This document shows, piece after piece, positions 1 to 9,717 of a stretch of 64,000 nt of DNA. This stretch comes from a virus: positions 69,289-133,288 of IMG/VR virus record IMGVR_UViG_3300029564_000003; one strand, written 5' to 3'. Position 1 is the first letter of the stretch, and each line of letters begins with the position of its first letter. Below the pieces are notes generated by a model. It saw nothing but the letters and a program-made list of their open reading frames with translations. It did no database searches and was not told where the DNA came from. A program made the position numbers and the translations under genes.

Positions 1-128
1 ATCTTATAATGCTCAGGGGTGTCGCAATGAATCTTCCAATGCTTCGACACATCACCCTTGTCACACGAAAGGCACATCTTGTAACCCTTACCGCAGATAG
101 CGCAAGTGGCGTTATTCTTATTAGCCAT
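1..128 (-). CDS. small Cys-rich (zinc-ribbon-like) protein; 3' end lies outside window
   Basis: rc ATG at 126-128 preceded by GGAGGTG RBS; reads MANKNNATCAICGKGYKMCLSCDKGDVSKHWKIHCDTPEHYK... and runs off the window start. Confidence 0.4.
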   Translation of the reverse strand, partial: MANKNNATCAICGKGYKMCLSCDKGDVSKHWKIHCDTPEHYK

Positions 129-340
129 ATTTACACCTCCATGAAGGGATACAGGATATCCCCGTTGATAACAGTGTTGCATTATTAAAATATATATATT
201 GTGCTATTTTAAATAGCACGGTATTTCTTTGCTACGCAAAGCCATGTATTTACCACACAGTCATGTTGCAGCAAATGAGCGACATACGTTGAAAGGAATA
301 AAAGACATATGCCGCTCATTTGACACAACATGAACAACGA

Positions 341-392
341 TTGAAAAAAGAGGAGTGGAATCGTATAAAACAATCCCACTCCTCCAAAGAAG
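341..392 (-). terminator. rho-independent terminator after tail gene
   Basis: 9-bp stem GAGGAGTGG/CCACTCCTC with T-run on minus strand immediately 3' of the 426..1217 gene. Confidence 0.45.
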
Positions 393-425
393 CTAAAACA
401 ATAAGCAAACAACCTATCGTCTATA

Positions 426-1217
426 CTACGCGGCGTCACCAGCGACAACGATGGAGAACAGCTCAGCGCCCTCATCGCAGTAGTCCTTGTTAAGCTTCAT
501 CTCGAAAGGATGCTTGCCAGTAGAGGTGAGGGCAAGCTCGATGGACTCGGGGTTAATCTTCGCCTTGGGAATGATAACCTGACCAGAGATGAGCTTGTCG
601 GTGCAAACATCGCGGAAGTACACATAGAGAACGGCAGAGAAAGCCTCGGGGAAGTCCTCAGACATGTTGGCAACACGGACAGCCTCAGAAGACTCATAGG
701 TGTACTCGATTAGCAGCTGACCCTTGAAACCAGTCGGAGGAACAAGCTTGTTCTCGTTAATCTGGAACTCGGTGCCAGAAGGAGCAGAACCAGCCGTGAA
801 GCTACGACCGACATCCTTCTTCACAATCTCGTACACATACTTAATTGCCTCGGCATCTGCGGGCTTATGAGCAAGCGCAATGCCAGCGGCATCGTTATCG
901 CCAAAGGTAAGAACCTCATAGGTATAAGTTAGAATCTTATGGCTCTCATCGGCGACCTTCTTCTTGGAACCGAACTGCGTGGCAGCAAGGTCAAGAGAGA
1001 AGAGGGAGTTGGTCGCGGAGAAGGTGCCAGTCTTGGCACGGTAAATAGTAGTAATGACGGAACCGAGCGCGTCGGTAACGTCCTCGCCCTCAGAAGCGGT
1101 GTTGAGGGAAGGCTCCTCAAGCTGGGTAAGCTGGAACAGCATCTCGCCAGTCTCAAGGTCATGCGCAGTCATGCGACGGACACGGTCGATGACAAGCTCG
1201 TTAGCATTAAAAGCCAT
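426..1217 (-). CDS. putative major tail (tube) protein
   Basis: 263-aa ORF at the distal end of the head-to-tail gene order; compositionally typical of siphovirus tail tube proteins; no diagnostic motif. Confidence 0.35.
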   Translation of the reverse strand: MAFNANELVIDRVRRMTAHDLETGEMLFQLTQLEEPSLNTASEGEDVTDALGSVITTIYRAKTGTFSATNSLFSLDLAATQFGSKKKVADESHKILTYTYEVLTFGDNDAAGIALAHKPADAEAIKYVYEIVKKDVGRSFTAGSAPSGTEFQINENKLVPPTGFKGQLLIEYTYESSEAVRVANMSEDFPEAFSAVLYVYFRDVCTDKLISGQVIIPKAKINPESIELALTSTGKHPFEMKLNKDYCDEGAELFSIVVAGDAA

Positions 1218-1285
1218 AATAATGACCTCCTTGTATAATAAACGTCTATTATATTAATCATATCGAGCCACAAGCAAGACAATCA

Positions 1286-2113
1286 TCAGATATCGCCAGT
1301 CCAGTTTAAGCGGTCGGAATCGACCCCCTTAAGACTTGCGAATCCAGAATAGGCACCTTGCAAAAGCAACTGCGAATCTTGAATCTTGTTCGCTCGTTTG
1401 ATACTATCAAAGAACATACCAACGGGCATGTCCCATATACGCCTATCTCCGCACATACCCGTTTTGACGGAAAGTGCGGAAATCAGCGGTTTGAGGATGC
1501 TCTTATATGGCTTATTGGCGTTCCTCATAGCCTCTTCTCTAGCGTCGTCAATCAAATCCATCTTCGTGATTTCATTGGCTGGCATCTCGTTGTTGCGCTT
1601 GAACCCGTGAATTTGACGCACGGCACCAACCATCCTGATATAGGTTGGCCTATCGATTGTAATATCGTGTTCGACATCATACAGCACAACCTGCTCGGCA
1701 TCATTGTTCATGCACGGTATAAAATCAGCCAAATCGACATTCAGCGTCAACTCCAAAGGATTGACCAGCATAGCATCAAGTTCGTCCTCAGACAATCCAT
1801 CGAGCTGCTCTGCATATTCAGGATTGTCAACAAGCTCCTTATGAATCCTTTTCCTGCTAGAGACGAGCTGGGATATAAATTTCACGAATAGCTCATAATC
1901 GTCTATCTCCGTATAATCTATCCCAGCGTAATCGCAAAGCTGCCACTTTAAATCAGCTCCAACCGCCGTAAGGGTATGTACGGCGCTGAAATATTTGCGC
2001 TCACCGAAATCGGCAATCTGAGCTATCGTAGGCTGCTTCACAACTATATCATCGGTAATAACCATGTCATCACCGCGATACACTTTTAATTCATCAAATT
2101 CACACTCTGACAT
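1286..2113 (-). CDS. hypothetical structural/assembly protein
   Basis: 275-aa acidic ORF in the late operon between connector-region genes and the putative tail tube. Confidence 0.4.
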   Translation of the reverse strand: MSECEFDELKVYRGDDMVITDDIVVKQPTIAQIADFGERKYFSAVHTLTAVGADLKWQLCDYAGIDYTEIDDYELFVKFISQLVSSRKRIHKELVDNPEYAEQLDGLSEDELDAMLVNPLELTLNVDLADFIPCMNNDAEQVVLYDVEHDITIDRPTYIRMVGAVRQIHGFKRNNEMPANEITKMDLIDDAREEAMRNANKPYKSILKPLISALSVKTGMCGDRRIWDMPVGMFFDSIKRANKIQDSQLLLQGAYSGFASLKGVDSDRLNWTGDI

Positions 2114-2138
2114 ACTTCACACCCACCGTATGTTTTTA

Positions 2139-2630
2139 TCACTCAAACTCGCACAGCGAATCGTTCAAGTCGAGACCTTGGAATACGAGCGCCCTGTAAA
2201 GATAATCCTTTTGCGACGAACCCTCGATATTGCTGATTAACTTGAGCTTACCGATTCCGAAATCATCTCGACCGTTAAGCCTTTCGTCTATCAGCCTAGA
2301 CAAATAATCATTCCTGTTCTCAGTGACCTTCGGCACGTTGTCGACATTCATATGTTGCTCATGTGAGCAAATCCATATCTCTATGGTTGGCTGAACGTGA
2401 ATCTTACTGTCGAAGCGGTAGGGTTGAGGTATGTTGACCTGAACCGTGATGAATGTTTTGACATCGTTTATTGTGTTTGGATTCTGATGATAGTTGAAGA
2501 TATGAGTGTTGACGAGCTTCTCGCCCGTCTCGCCAGTAGAACATCCAAGCGCCGCGACAATCTCGGGGTCTTTGATAAACTCCTTGATTATCTTGTTTTT
2601 GGCTTTTCCTATTATAGAACTGTTAGCCAT
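2139..2630 (-). CDS. hypothetical head-tail protein
   Basis: ORF 2139..2672 trimmed to internal Met (MANSSIIGK) so that the start abuts the stop of the upstream gene. Confidence 0.35.
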   Translation of the reverse strand: MANSSIIGKAKNKIIKEFIKDPEIVAALGCSTGETGEKLVNTHIFNYHQNPNTINDVKTFITVQVNIPQPYRFDSKIHVQPTIEIWICSHEQHMNVDNVPKVTENRNDYLSRLIDERLNGRDDFGIGKLKLISNIEGSSQKDYLYRALVFQGLDLNDSLCEFE

Positions 2631-3685
2631 TATAACAACGACTCCACAGATATCACAATAGACGACACACACTGGCTGCGGTCGTCGGAAAGCACGAGCT
2701 TGAAGTCCTCGTCGATATATGCGTCGTCATCAATGCCAATGAGTATGTCGTTATCGACAATCTCGACATCAAGTGCATCCCTGAAGGAAGATATGATATT
2801 CCATCTTGGTACGATATGCGGCAACACGGTGCCGTTCTCATCATAGAACACCGCCGTAAATCGCTTAGCATCTCCACCAGATTTTATCACATCTGAATCG
2901 TGCTCGATTACAGAACGCATCACATCTGATTCAACGATATCATCCTGTTCGCCCAAAGGCTCGAAGTAATCGCAAATACCCAAATCTATACGGTCTGTAT
3001 AATGATTGAACACATTCTCAGTAACCGTTACGCGAACGATTCCTTTTTTTCCGTAGCCATAGCTCGTCGTATCGTTCTGCGTTACGATGAACACGCTCGG
3101 ACTTTCCATATTTTTATCCAAGAATATACGCTTGGGCGTCTTCAACTTTACCGTGTTTTCATCACACGGCAATGTCAACATGTGCTGCGAAGAGCCGATT
3201 GTGAACTGCCTATTCGACTGCTCACCAGAGTTATACTGTGTTGTGTTGATGTCGTAACACGGATACTCCCAAATAACCCCATCGGCATCCTGCCATTTCA
3301 GAATCCAATTGCACATAGTTAACTTTCCCTGCCAATGCACGCCATCAATATCGAACGACTCGGTGCATATATAATGCTCATCGGCATTGGAGTCATATAA
3401 TAGGTCGCCCACCATAACCTGCGTATCATACAGGGTTTGAAATTTCATGGTGACGCCTTGCGCTGCTGAGAAGCTGCGCTTGAAGATTCGTATGGCGATA
3501 CCATCATCGCCGACATAGTCTTCAGCACATCTCTTCCCGTGCCGCCAGAAATAAACACCGGGCGTGAGAGATGCGTCATCGAAGAACGTATCGCCCATGA
3601 GCATCCTACTGTTGTAAATATGCTCTTCTCTGAGTGAGTTTCCGCCCATACGCATCTTTGCGTTGAACTTATCAAGTCCTCTCAC
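2630..3685 (-). CDS. hypothetical virion structural protein
   Basis: 351-aa ORF, co-oriented and tightly packed in the late module. Confidence 0.4.
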   Translation of the reverse strand: MRGLDKFNAKMRMGGNSLREEHIYNSRMLMGDTFFDDASLTPGVYFWRHGKRCAEDYVGDDGIAIRIFKRSFSAAQGVTMKFQTLYDTQVMVGDLLYDSNADEHYICTESFDIDGVHWQGKLTMCNWILKWQDADGVIWEYPCYDINTTQYNSGEQSNRQFTIGSSQHMLTLPCDENTVKLKTPKRIFLDKNMESPSVFIVTQNDTTSYGYGKKGIVRVTVTENVFNHYTDRIDLGICDYFEPLGEQDDIVESDVMRSVIEHDSDVIKSGGDAKRFTAVFYDENGTVLPHIVPRWNIISSFRDALDVEIVDNDILIGIDDDAYIDEDFKLVLSDDRSQCVSSIVISVESLL

Positions 3686-3720
3686 AAACGCACCCCCAAT
3701 CCAATATCATTTCCAAAAAA

Positions 3721-4173
3721 TTATTTCTCGTAACCCGCATCCAAGGTAATGCCAGCCTCATCGACACCAAGCCACGCATATCTCATGACAAGTGACTCAT
3801 TCTCAGCGACATACGCCTTTCGCATAGCCATGAGCTTGTCGAGCATGTTCGCAGATGAATACGCCTTGAAATCAGTCGAACCCATCGACGCTTTAAGCAA
3901 CGATGGCGTCCTAATGTATGTTGAATCGACGTATTCTACAAGCATATAATTGGCGATGATATCCATCTCGATTTCGGACAGCTCGCAATTAAAGCGCTGG
4001 ATGATATCATCCCTGTTGTTCAGGTCTTTTCTGCAAACATGAAACTTCGCTAGGGCTGGAACCAAGTAGTCATGCAGCATATCCTTGACATCCTCTTCGG
4101 ACATCCTCGGGATATCCCAGTCACGAAATTTAGTAAGCACCCTGTCATACAGGTTTTCGTATGTAGTGTACAT
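3721..4173 (-). CDS. hypothetical head-tail connector/adaptor-like protein
   Basis: 150-aa ORF downstream of the capsid gene, position typical of head completion proteins. Confidence 0.35.
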   Translation of the reverse strand: MYTTYENLYDRVLTKFRDWDIPRMSEEDVKDMLHDYLVPALAKFHVCRKDLNNRDDIIQRFNCELSEIEMDIIANYMLVEYVDSTYIRTPSLLKASMGSTDFKAYSSANMLDKLMAMRKAYVAENESLVMRYAWLGVDEAGITLDAGYEK

Positions 4174-4201
4174 GTATACTCACCAACCCTACGATAAAGT
4201 A

Positions 4202-4762
4202 TTAGAGCACAGACACCAAATCGACACCGAGGCGCTTCTCAATGGTACGAATAACAGCGATATCAATAATATCGCCAGACTCAATCATACCCTTAATCTT
4301 CTGAAGCACAGTAAGCTTAGCGCCAGAACCGAGAGCTTTAATCTTCTCACAAGTTGCGCCGACACACTCACGGGTATATGCATCGACAGACATGAACTCT
4401 TCGGTCTTATCGCATAGCTTGGAGAGATTCAGTTTATTGATAACGCGCTCGTCAGTTGGCATGACCTCCATCTTCTCGAAATAGCTCGGGAAGTTGCGGC
4501 GCATACGAGTAAGAGTCTCAAGGGTCATATACTGAACCTCGCCGACGCTTTCCCATACGTACTTATCGGCTGTTGCTTTATCCTCATAACTCACACGATA
4601 GGGTACATTGGATGCAACCTCGACCTCATCTGACGGAGAAAGCTCCTTTTGCTTCGGAGCAGACTTGACAGGGGGCGCAGTCTTCTCTACAACCACAGCC
4701 TCATCAACGATGGGGGTCTCATCTGCCTTTTTGGTAGTGGTACTCTTCTTTGCAGCAGGCAT
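4202..4762 (-). CDS. hypothetical structural protein (Lys/Pro/Ala-rich N-terminus)
   Basis: 186-aa ORF immediately downstream of the capsid gene; low-complexity N-terminus PAAKKSTTTKKADETP. Confidence 0.4.
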   Translation of the reverse strand: MPAAKKSTTTKKADETPIVDEAVVVEKTAPPVKSAPKQKELSPSDEVEVASNVPYRVSYEDKATADKYVWESVGEVQYMTLETLTRMRRNFPSYFEKMEVMPTDERVINKLNLSKLCDKTEEFMSVDAYTRECVGATCEKIKALGSGAKLTVLQKIKGMIESGDIIDIAVIRTIEKRLGVDLVSVL

Positions 4763-4841
4763 ATTCCTACCACCTTTCTTAGACTAAATTCAAAACAGAG
4801 CGGGCGTGTTATGCAACACACCCGCGAAATCAATCAAAAGA

Positions 4842-5870
4842 TTAACCGTTGAAGGTAAACTTGCCGAAGCCGCGCTCAGGAAGCAGAAGACCGAGACCGA
4901 ACTTGGTCTGAACCTGAAGGTCGACAGAGCCATCGTTGCGCTTGCCAGACATATCCTCGGTAGTGCGGGTGTCACCGATAATCTCAAGCTTGATGGGCTT
5001 GGAATCACCAGCGATGATAAACACATCCTTGTCGTTCAGGGCGAACTCCATGGTGCCAGACTTGAAGGTCTGAGGAATCACCATAAGGTCGATGCCCTCC
5101 CAAGAGCCGATGGTGCCAGTGTTTGCACGCGCCTCCTTCTGAGAATCGGCGAACAGCTTGTCGGGAACAAGGTTGGCAACCTTGCGAAGAGCGGGCTTGG
5201 TGCCAGCGATGGTGACATCGGAACCGTTGGCGGTGGCGACGAAATCGCAAAGGCGGGCAAGCTCGTCAAGGCTGTTGCCAGAAGCGGTGAACTCATTCGC
5301 CACAGCATCGGAGACAGACTGGAACTGGGTGTAAATGCGGTCAGTCATATACTTGTTCATTGACTTGTAGACCTTGTCAATCACCTTCTCGAAGGGGATG
5401 ACACCGAGCAGCCAGCGCTCAAAGTCCTCGTAAACATGAATGAACATCCACTCAGAGGGTAGCTTGAAGGACGAACCGAGGTCGACCATCTGACGGTTGG
5501 TATCCCAGTGGTTGCCAGCAAACGTGGCGACGGTCAGGAAGCTAGAACCCTCAGAGTAGAACTCGGTATCATCACCGAGAGCACGGTTCTTGACCTCGAC
5601 GAAACGCTCGATGAACGGAGAGTTCATGATGTTCTCGCCGATAGAGGTGGTGACGACATCCTCGACAATCTCGAAGATGGCATCCTTGTTGCGACGCCAA
5701 GCCTGATACATGGTCATACCATGGGTAATCTCATCGTTAATCTTGTCGCGCAGGGCGTTCTGAAGCTCGAAAGTGCTCAGGCCGTCGGAGCCGGAGAAGT
5801 TGACGAGCGAAAGGTCGTGAGCCATATCAAAGGCCATGGACTCAGCGGCGCTAAAGTTAGTCTTAGGCAT
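4842..5870 (-). CDS. putative major capsid protein (HK97-fold-like)
   Basis: 342-aa ORF placed after the protease/scaffold and decoration genes in the canonical portal-protease-scaffold-MCP order; Gly-rich C-terminal half. Confidence 0.45.
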   Translation of the reverse strand: MPKTNFSAAESMAFDMAHDLSLVNFSGSDGLSTFELQNALRDKINDEITHGMTMYQAWRRNKDAIFEIVEDVVTTSIGENIMNSPFIERFVEVKNRALGDDTEFYSEGSSFLTVATFAGNHWDTNRQMVDLGSSFKLPSEWMFIHVYEDFERWLLGVIPFEKVIDKVYKSMNKYMTDRIYTQFQSVSDAVANEFTASGNSLDELARLCDFVATANGSDVTIAGTKPALRKVANLVPDKLFADSQKEARANTGTIGSWEGIDLMVIPQTFKSGTMEFALNDKDVFIIAGDSKPIKLEIIGDTRTTEDMSGKRNDGSVDLQVQTKFGLGLLLPERGFGKFTFNG

Positions 5871-5891
5871 AAATAATCTCCTCCTTTTCCA

Positions 5892-6425
5892 TTAAGCTAC
5901 GACACGAAGCTCGAACAGCTCGTAAGTGTCGCCGTAGGTGTGAGCGGTAGTGACAAGCGTGGCACCAAGGGTGCGCTTGCGCATAATCTTGCAATAAGAA
6001 CCAGACTCGGGCTGCTCGGCCTGAGCCTTGAAGCGACCAGAAGCGTCGGCAACGGCATAAGCGCCAACCTTTACCTGCTCGGCAGAATCAGAGGTGAAGC
6101 CAGCCTTGGAGATGCCAAACTCGTCGTTGCGAGCGAGCACGCGGACGCGGAAAACGGTACCAGCGGGAATGACGAAAGCGTCGCGGCGCTGGTTCACGGA
6201 GCGGGAAGTATCGGCGTCCCAGACGGGCTGGTCGACGATAACATAGGTGTGGTCTGCGGGAACACCCTGCTTAAACTTATAAACATGTGACATGCCCTCG
6301 GCAAGCTCGCCAAGGCCGCCAATCATGCCATTCTCAATATCCTCGGTAGCAACGCAGTCAAAGATGCGCTCGGCACCGATGGTGGACTGCATGTTCGTGG
6401 ACTCGAACACAGTACGAATAGCCAT
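5892..6425 (-). CDS. putative head decoration / auxiliary capsid protein
   Basis: 177-aa ORF between the scaffold and capsid genes. Confidence 0.3.
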   Translation of the reverse strand: MAIRTVFESTNMQSTIGAERIFDCVATEDIENGMIGGLGELAEGMSHVYKFKQGVPADHTYVIVDQPVWDADTSRSVNQRRDAFVIPAGTVFRVRVLARNDEFGISKAGFTSDSAEQVKVGAYAVADASGRFKAQAEQPESGSYCKIMRKRTLGATLVTTAHTYGDTYELFELRVVA

Positions 6426-6484
6426 ATCTATTCCTCCTTAAATAAGGTAAAATCAAATTAAAATATATAGATAAACATAAAAGC

Positions 6485-7966
6485 TTATCGGTTGACCTTG
6501 ATATAGCCGTACTTCGTGTTCACGTAGCCGTCCATATCCTCGTGGTCGTCAATCACGCCGACAGTGGTATCACCATCATCGACCTTGCTGAACTGCGCCT
6601 TCGCGCGATTCTGCTTAACATAGAGGACTGCGCACTCCTTCTCGATTTCATCGACGGAAAGCTCGTCCTTCTTATCCTTGATTGCGGCAAAAGCCTCGTT
6701 CTCGCCAAGGGAATCCTCGTACTCACCGAGCTTAGCGTCCTTCTCGGCGTTCAGCTCATCAGCCTTGCGCTGCTCATCTGCGGCGAAAAGCTCCTCGTAC
6801 TTGGGCTTCATCTCGTCAAACTCGGCCTTCACAGCCTCAAACTCGGCCTCGACCTGCTCCTTGGCAGACTCGGCCTCAGCAATCTTCTCGACAGACTCGT
6901 TCACCTTCTCAGTGAACTTGTCCTCAATCTCAGAAATATGCTGACCGAAATCAAATGCACCCTCGGGCGCTGCGGTGCCATCCTCGTAATCAGAGTAAGT
7001 AACCTTCTTGCGCTTAGCGCACGCAAAGTCCAGCACTGGCTTGTCGCCCTCCATCGTAAACGGCACGCCGTAATAATGGTAGTTGTCTTTCGTGTCGACG
7101 ACAATCACCTCGTCGTCCTGCACGTCGGTAGCGTAGAAACGCGAAACCTCCATGCCCCAGAACTCATCGGTATACGTCTCATGCTCACGAACAATCAGAG
7201 CGATATCCTCGAACTGCTGCATGATGGTCTGTGAAAAATCATGGTTTGGCATATTCCCAACACCTCCTTGCACATCTTCTTCGTCTAACAGCTTTGTAAA
7301 AGCCGCAAACTTATCATTCAAATCACTACGGACGCTCTGTGCGAACTCATCCATAGAAAAATTAACCTCTTTAATTGCGACACCTGCATCAACCATGGCT
7401 GGTGTAACATCAGAACCGAGCAAACAAGCACCATCGAAAGAAAACGAGGTGAAGTGGAAGAGACCATCCGTCTCATCCTCGTATCCGTCAATCGAATCTG
7501 GATAAAGTTCCATCGACTCATGTTTCTCAGTGTCACGCTTCATGATTCCAGTTGCGTCAGAAAACTTTTCCCACATGAGGCCATCGACCTGAAGGAACTC
7601 GCGAACCTCGCCGTCCTCGCACTCACTTGACACCCATCTGGGGTTGCAACTCTCAGGGATTACCCCGAAACATTGCCCTTTATAATATCTCTCGTAACCG
7701 TTATCGGTCTTCTTGATATCGTACTCATGACCCTTGAAATCATCTTCGCCAGTATACTTGTCATGCTCGATGAACCCGAGTATCGGCGTATTGTAAATCG
7801 TATCGATGTACTTATCGACAACCTGCTTTGAGAAGTAGCTTCCATTGCGGTTGGCCCCCGTATGCATCAGATTGATTGTCACACGCAAGAATCGAGTGTC
7901 GTTATCGGACACCTCGCCATCGATTGAGTACGTCGCATGTAGAGGCTTGTTCTTATCGTAGGGCAT
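6485..7966 (-). CDS. putative prohead protease-scaffold fusion protein
   Basis: Strong GGAGGAG RBS before internal Met (MPYDKNKPLH); C-terminal ~150 aa is highly charged coiled-coil (KAEFDEMKPKYEELFAADEQRKADELNAEKDAK) typical of scaffolds; N-terminal globular domain; sits between portal and capsid. Confidence 0.4.
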   Translation of the reverse strand: MPYDKNKPLHATYSIDGEVSDNDTRFLRVTINLMHTGANRNGSYFSKQVVDKYIDTIYNTPILGFIEHDKYTGEDDFKGHEYDIKKTDNGYERYYKGQCFGVIPESCNPRWVSSECEDGEVREFLQVDGLMWEKFSDATGIMKRDTEKHESMELYPDSIDGYEDETDGLFHFTSFSFDGACLLGSDVTPAMVDAGVAIKEVNFSMDEFAQSVRSDLNDKFAAFTKLLDEEDVQGGVGNMPNHDFSQTIMQQFEDIALIVREHETYTDEFWGMEVSRFYATDVQDDEVIVVDTKDNYHYYGVPFTMEGDKPVLDFACAKRKKVTYSDYEDGTAAPEGAFDFGQHISEIEDKFTEKVNESVEKIAEAESAKEQVEAEFEAVKAEFDEMKPKYEELFAADEQRKADELNAEKDAKLGEYEDSLGENEAFAAIKDKKDELSVDEIEKECAVLYVKQNRAKAQFSKVDDGDTTVGVIDDHEDMDGYVNTKYGYIKVNR

Positions 7967-8167
7967 ATATCTCCTCCAAATATCAGAACAGGCACTTCTT
8001 GAGCGTTTCCTCATAAAGTTTTATATTCGCGTCAATCGTATCGTCATACTCGAACACATACTTGCCATTATGCATGGCAATCATCTTCGAACCGTTGTTC
8101 TTTAGAAACGAAGCAACCGATAAATCATTGACGATAAATTCTTTATTTTTCATATCAAACACCTCGG

Positions 8168-9703
8168 TTACATGTCGTTCTTACCAAGGTCTTTTGTTTC
8201 CTCACCTTCATCGGAAAGGGACTCGCCCTTGTCCTCTGCTGTAGGACGACCACCCTCAGACTCCTGAACTGCGGCTGATGCGTTATATGCCGATGTAAGA
8301 GGAACGAGCGTATTCACATAATCGAACACATTCTCGCTCAAGATGTTGTAACCGAACATCTCGGCGGGGGTGACGCCAGAAGCGGCAATCCACTTATCTT
8401 TAGCCAGACCCAATGCGGCATTTTCCTTAAGCTCTTTCATGACAGCAGTCTTGTTGAACACGGTCATGTCGTTGATGTAAAATTTAAATGTCGCCTTCGG
8501 CATATTGAGCTTGCGAAGCTTTATGAATCGATTGACCCATCGCTCGAACTGACGGTATACGCCATACACGATACCAGCGTCATTCTCGACTGAAAGTGTC
8601 ATAGAAGTGGCGGTTCCACCGCTGTTGAACAGCTCCTTGCTTGTTCCGCTCGCATTGTAAATCTCATCGACGGCATCGCCGACGTTATTGCGGGTGTTCG
8701 CAGAATCTTTGAAGCTAATCGCCTCACCCTTTGAGCCGAGGGTATGAATCATACCAATATCCTTCGACATGCTCTCTCTATTGAGGTTTGCAAATACGCT
8801 CAATACGTTAGGGGAGAGAAGAGGGGTGTCGACTTTACTCTCATCAATGGGAACCTCTACCAATATCGCCTTGTAATTGTCGGTTCGAGCAGATTGAAGC
8901 TTAAGTTTCTTATAGACATCCAAATCCAAAATATCGCGCACCAAACTTATGAGGATTGGGAACGGATACGTCCATTGGCTGTTCATCTTGATGCAAATCT
9001 GCTTATCGGCAGGTGGCAGATACCAGTTGGTCTGCGATTTGCCTTCTATGTAATCAACATAAGCATCTTGAATATATGATGGATACGCCTTAATCTCAGT
9101 AGCCTTGATGCTACCTAGGTTGATTCTAAAGTTATAGAGACCGTCTTGAATCTGATACAATTTGCATATATTGTAATCAATCTTCTGGAAGAAGAAATCC
9201 CCCAAATCATTCTCGACTACAAGGCCGCAATACACATCTTGATAGGGGAGGGTGCGCATGATTTTAGAAAACTCATGCTTGATATTCATCGCATCGAGCT
9301 TCATCGCAACCTTGCCATATCGTTCAGCAATCTTGTTGACATTCGGTTTGGCGAATGGGTTAGTTGAAATGCTGATTCCCCAATTAAACAACGCCATATT
9401 TGCATATAACGTATTAAGCCTATTGTAATGCGGGCTGATATGCATTAATATATTCGACGCTTGAACAAGTACGCGCCACATCGCGCTTGGATGCTCTAAC
9501 GCCTTCTCAACATCCTCAAGGCGAATATGTCCTATACAATGCGTCTCGATGATTTGGGAATTCGTTATTACATCTTTAAGCATCTGACGCTTAAATTCCG
9601 AGAAGTCTATCTTGCCTTCTTTAAAATCGTTTTCGAGCTTCTGCTCTGATTGGAGAACCGATACCATATCGGCGTCGTTCCCGAATTCTATGTTATCGGG
9701 CAT
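8168..9703 (-). CDS. putative portal protein
   Basis: ~511 aa, immediately downstream of the terminase large subunit; GGGAGGTG RBS before MPDNIEF start. Confidence 0.45.
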   Translation of the reverse strand: MPDNIEFGNDADMVSVLQSEQKLENDFKEGKIDFSEFKRQMLKDVITNSQIIETHCIGHIRLEDVEKALEHPSAMWRVLVQASNILMHISPHYNRLNTLYANMALFNWGISISTNPFAKPNVNKIAERYGKVAMKLDAMNIKHEFSKIMRTLPYQDVYCGLVVENDLGDFFFQKIDYNICKLYQIQDGLYNFRINLGSIKATEIKAYPSYIQDAYVDYIEGKSQTNWYLPPADKQICIKMNSQWTYPFPILISLVRDILDLDVYKKLKLQSARTDNYKAILVEVPIDESKVDTPLLSPNVLSVFANLNRESMSKDIGMIHTLGSKGEAISFKDSANTRNNVGDAVDEIYNASGTSKELFNSGGTATSMTLSVENDAGIVYGVYRQFERWVNRFIKLRKLNMPKATFKFYINDMTVFNKTAVMKELKENAALGLAKDKWIAASGVTPAEMFGYNILSENVFDYVNTLVPLTSAYNASAAVQESEGGRPTAEDKGESLSDEGEETKDLGKNDM

Positions 9704-9717
9704 AGATTCACCTCCCG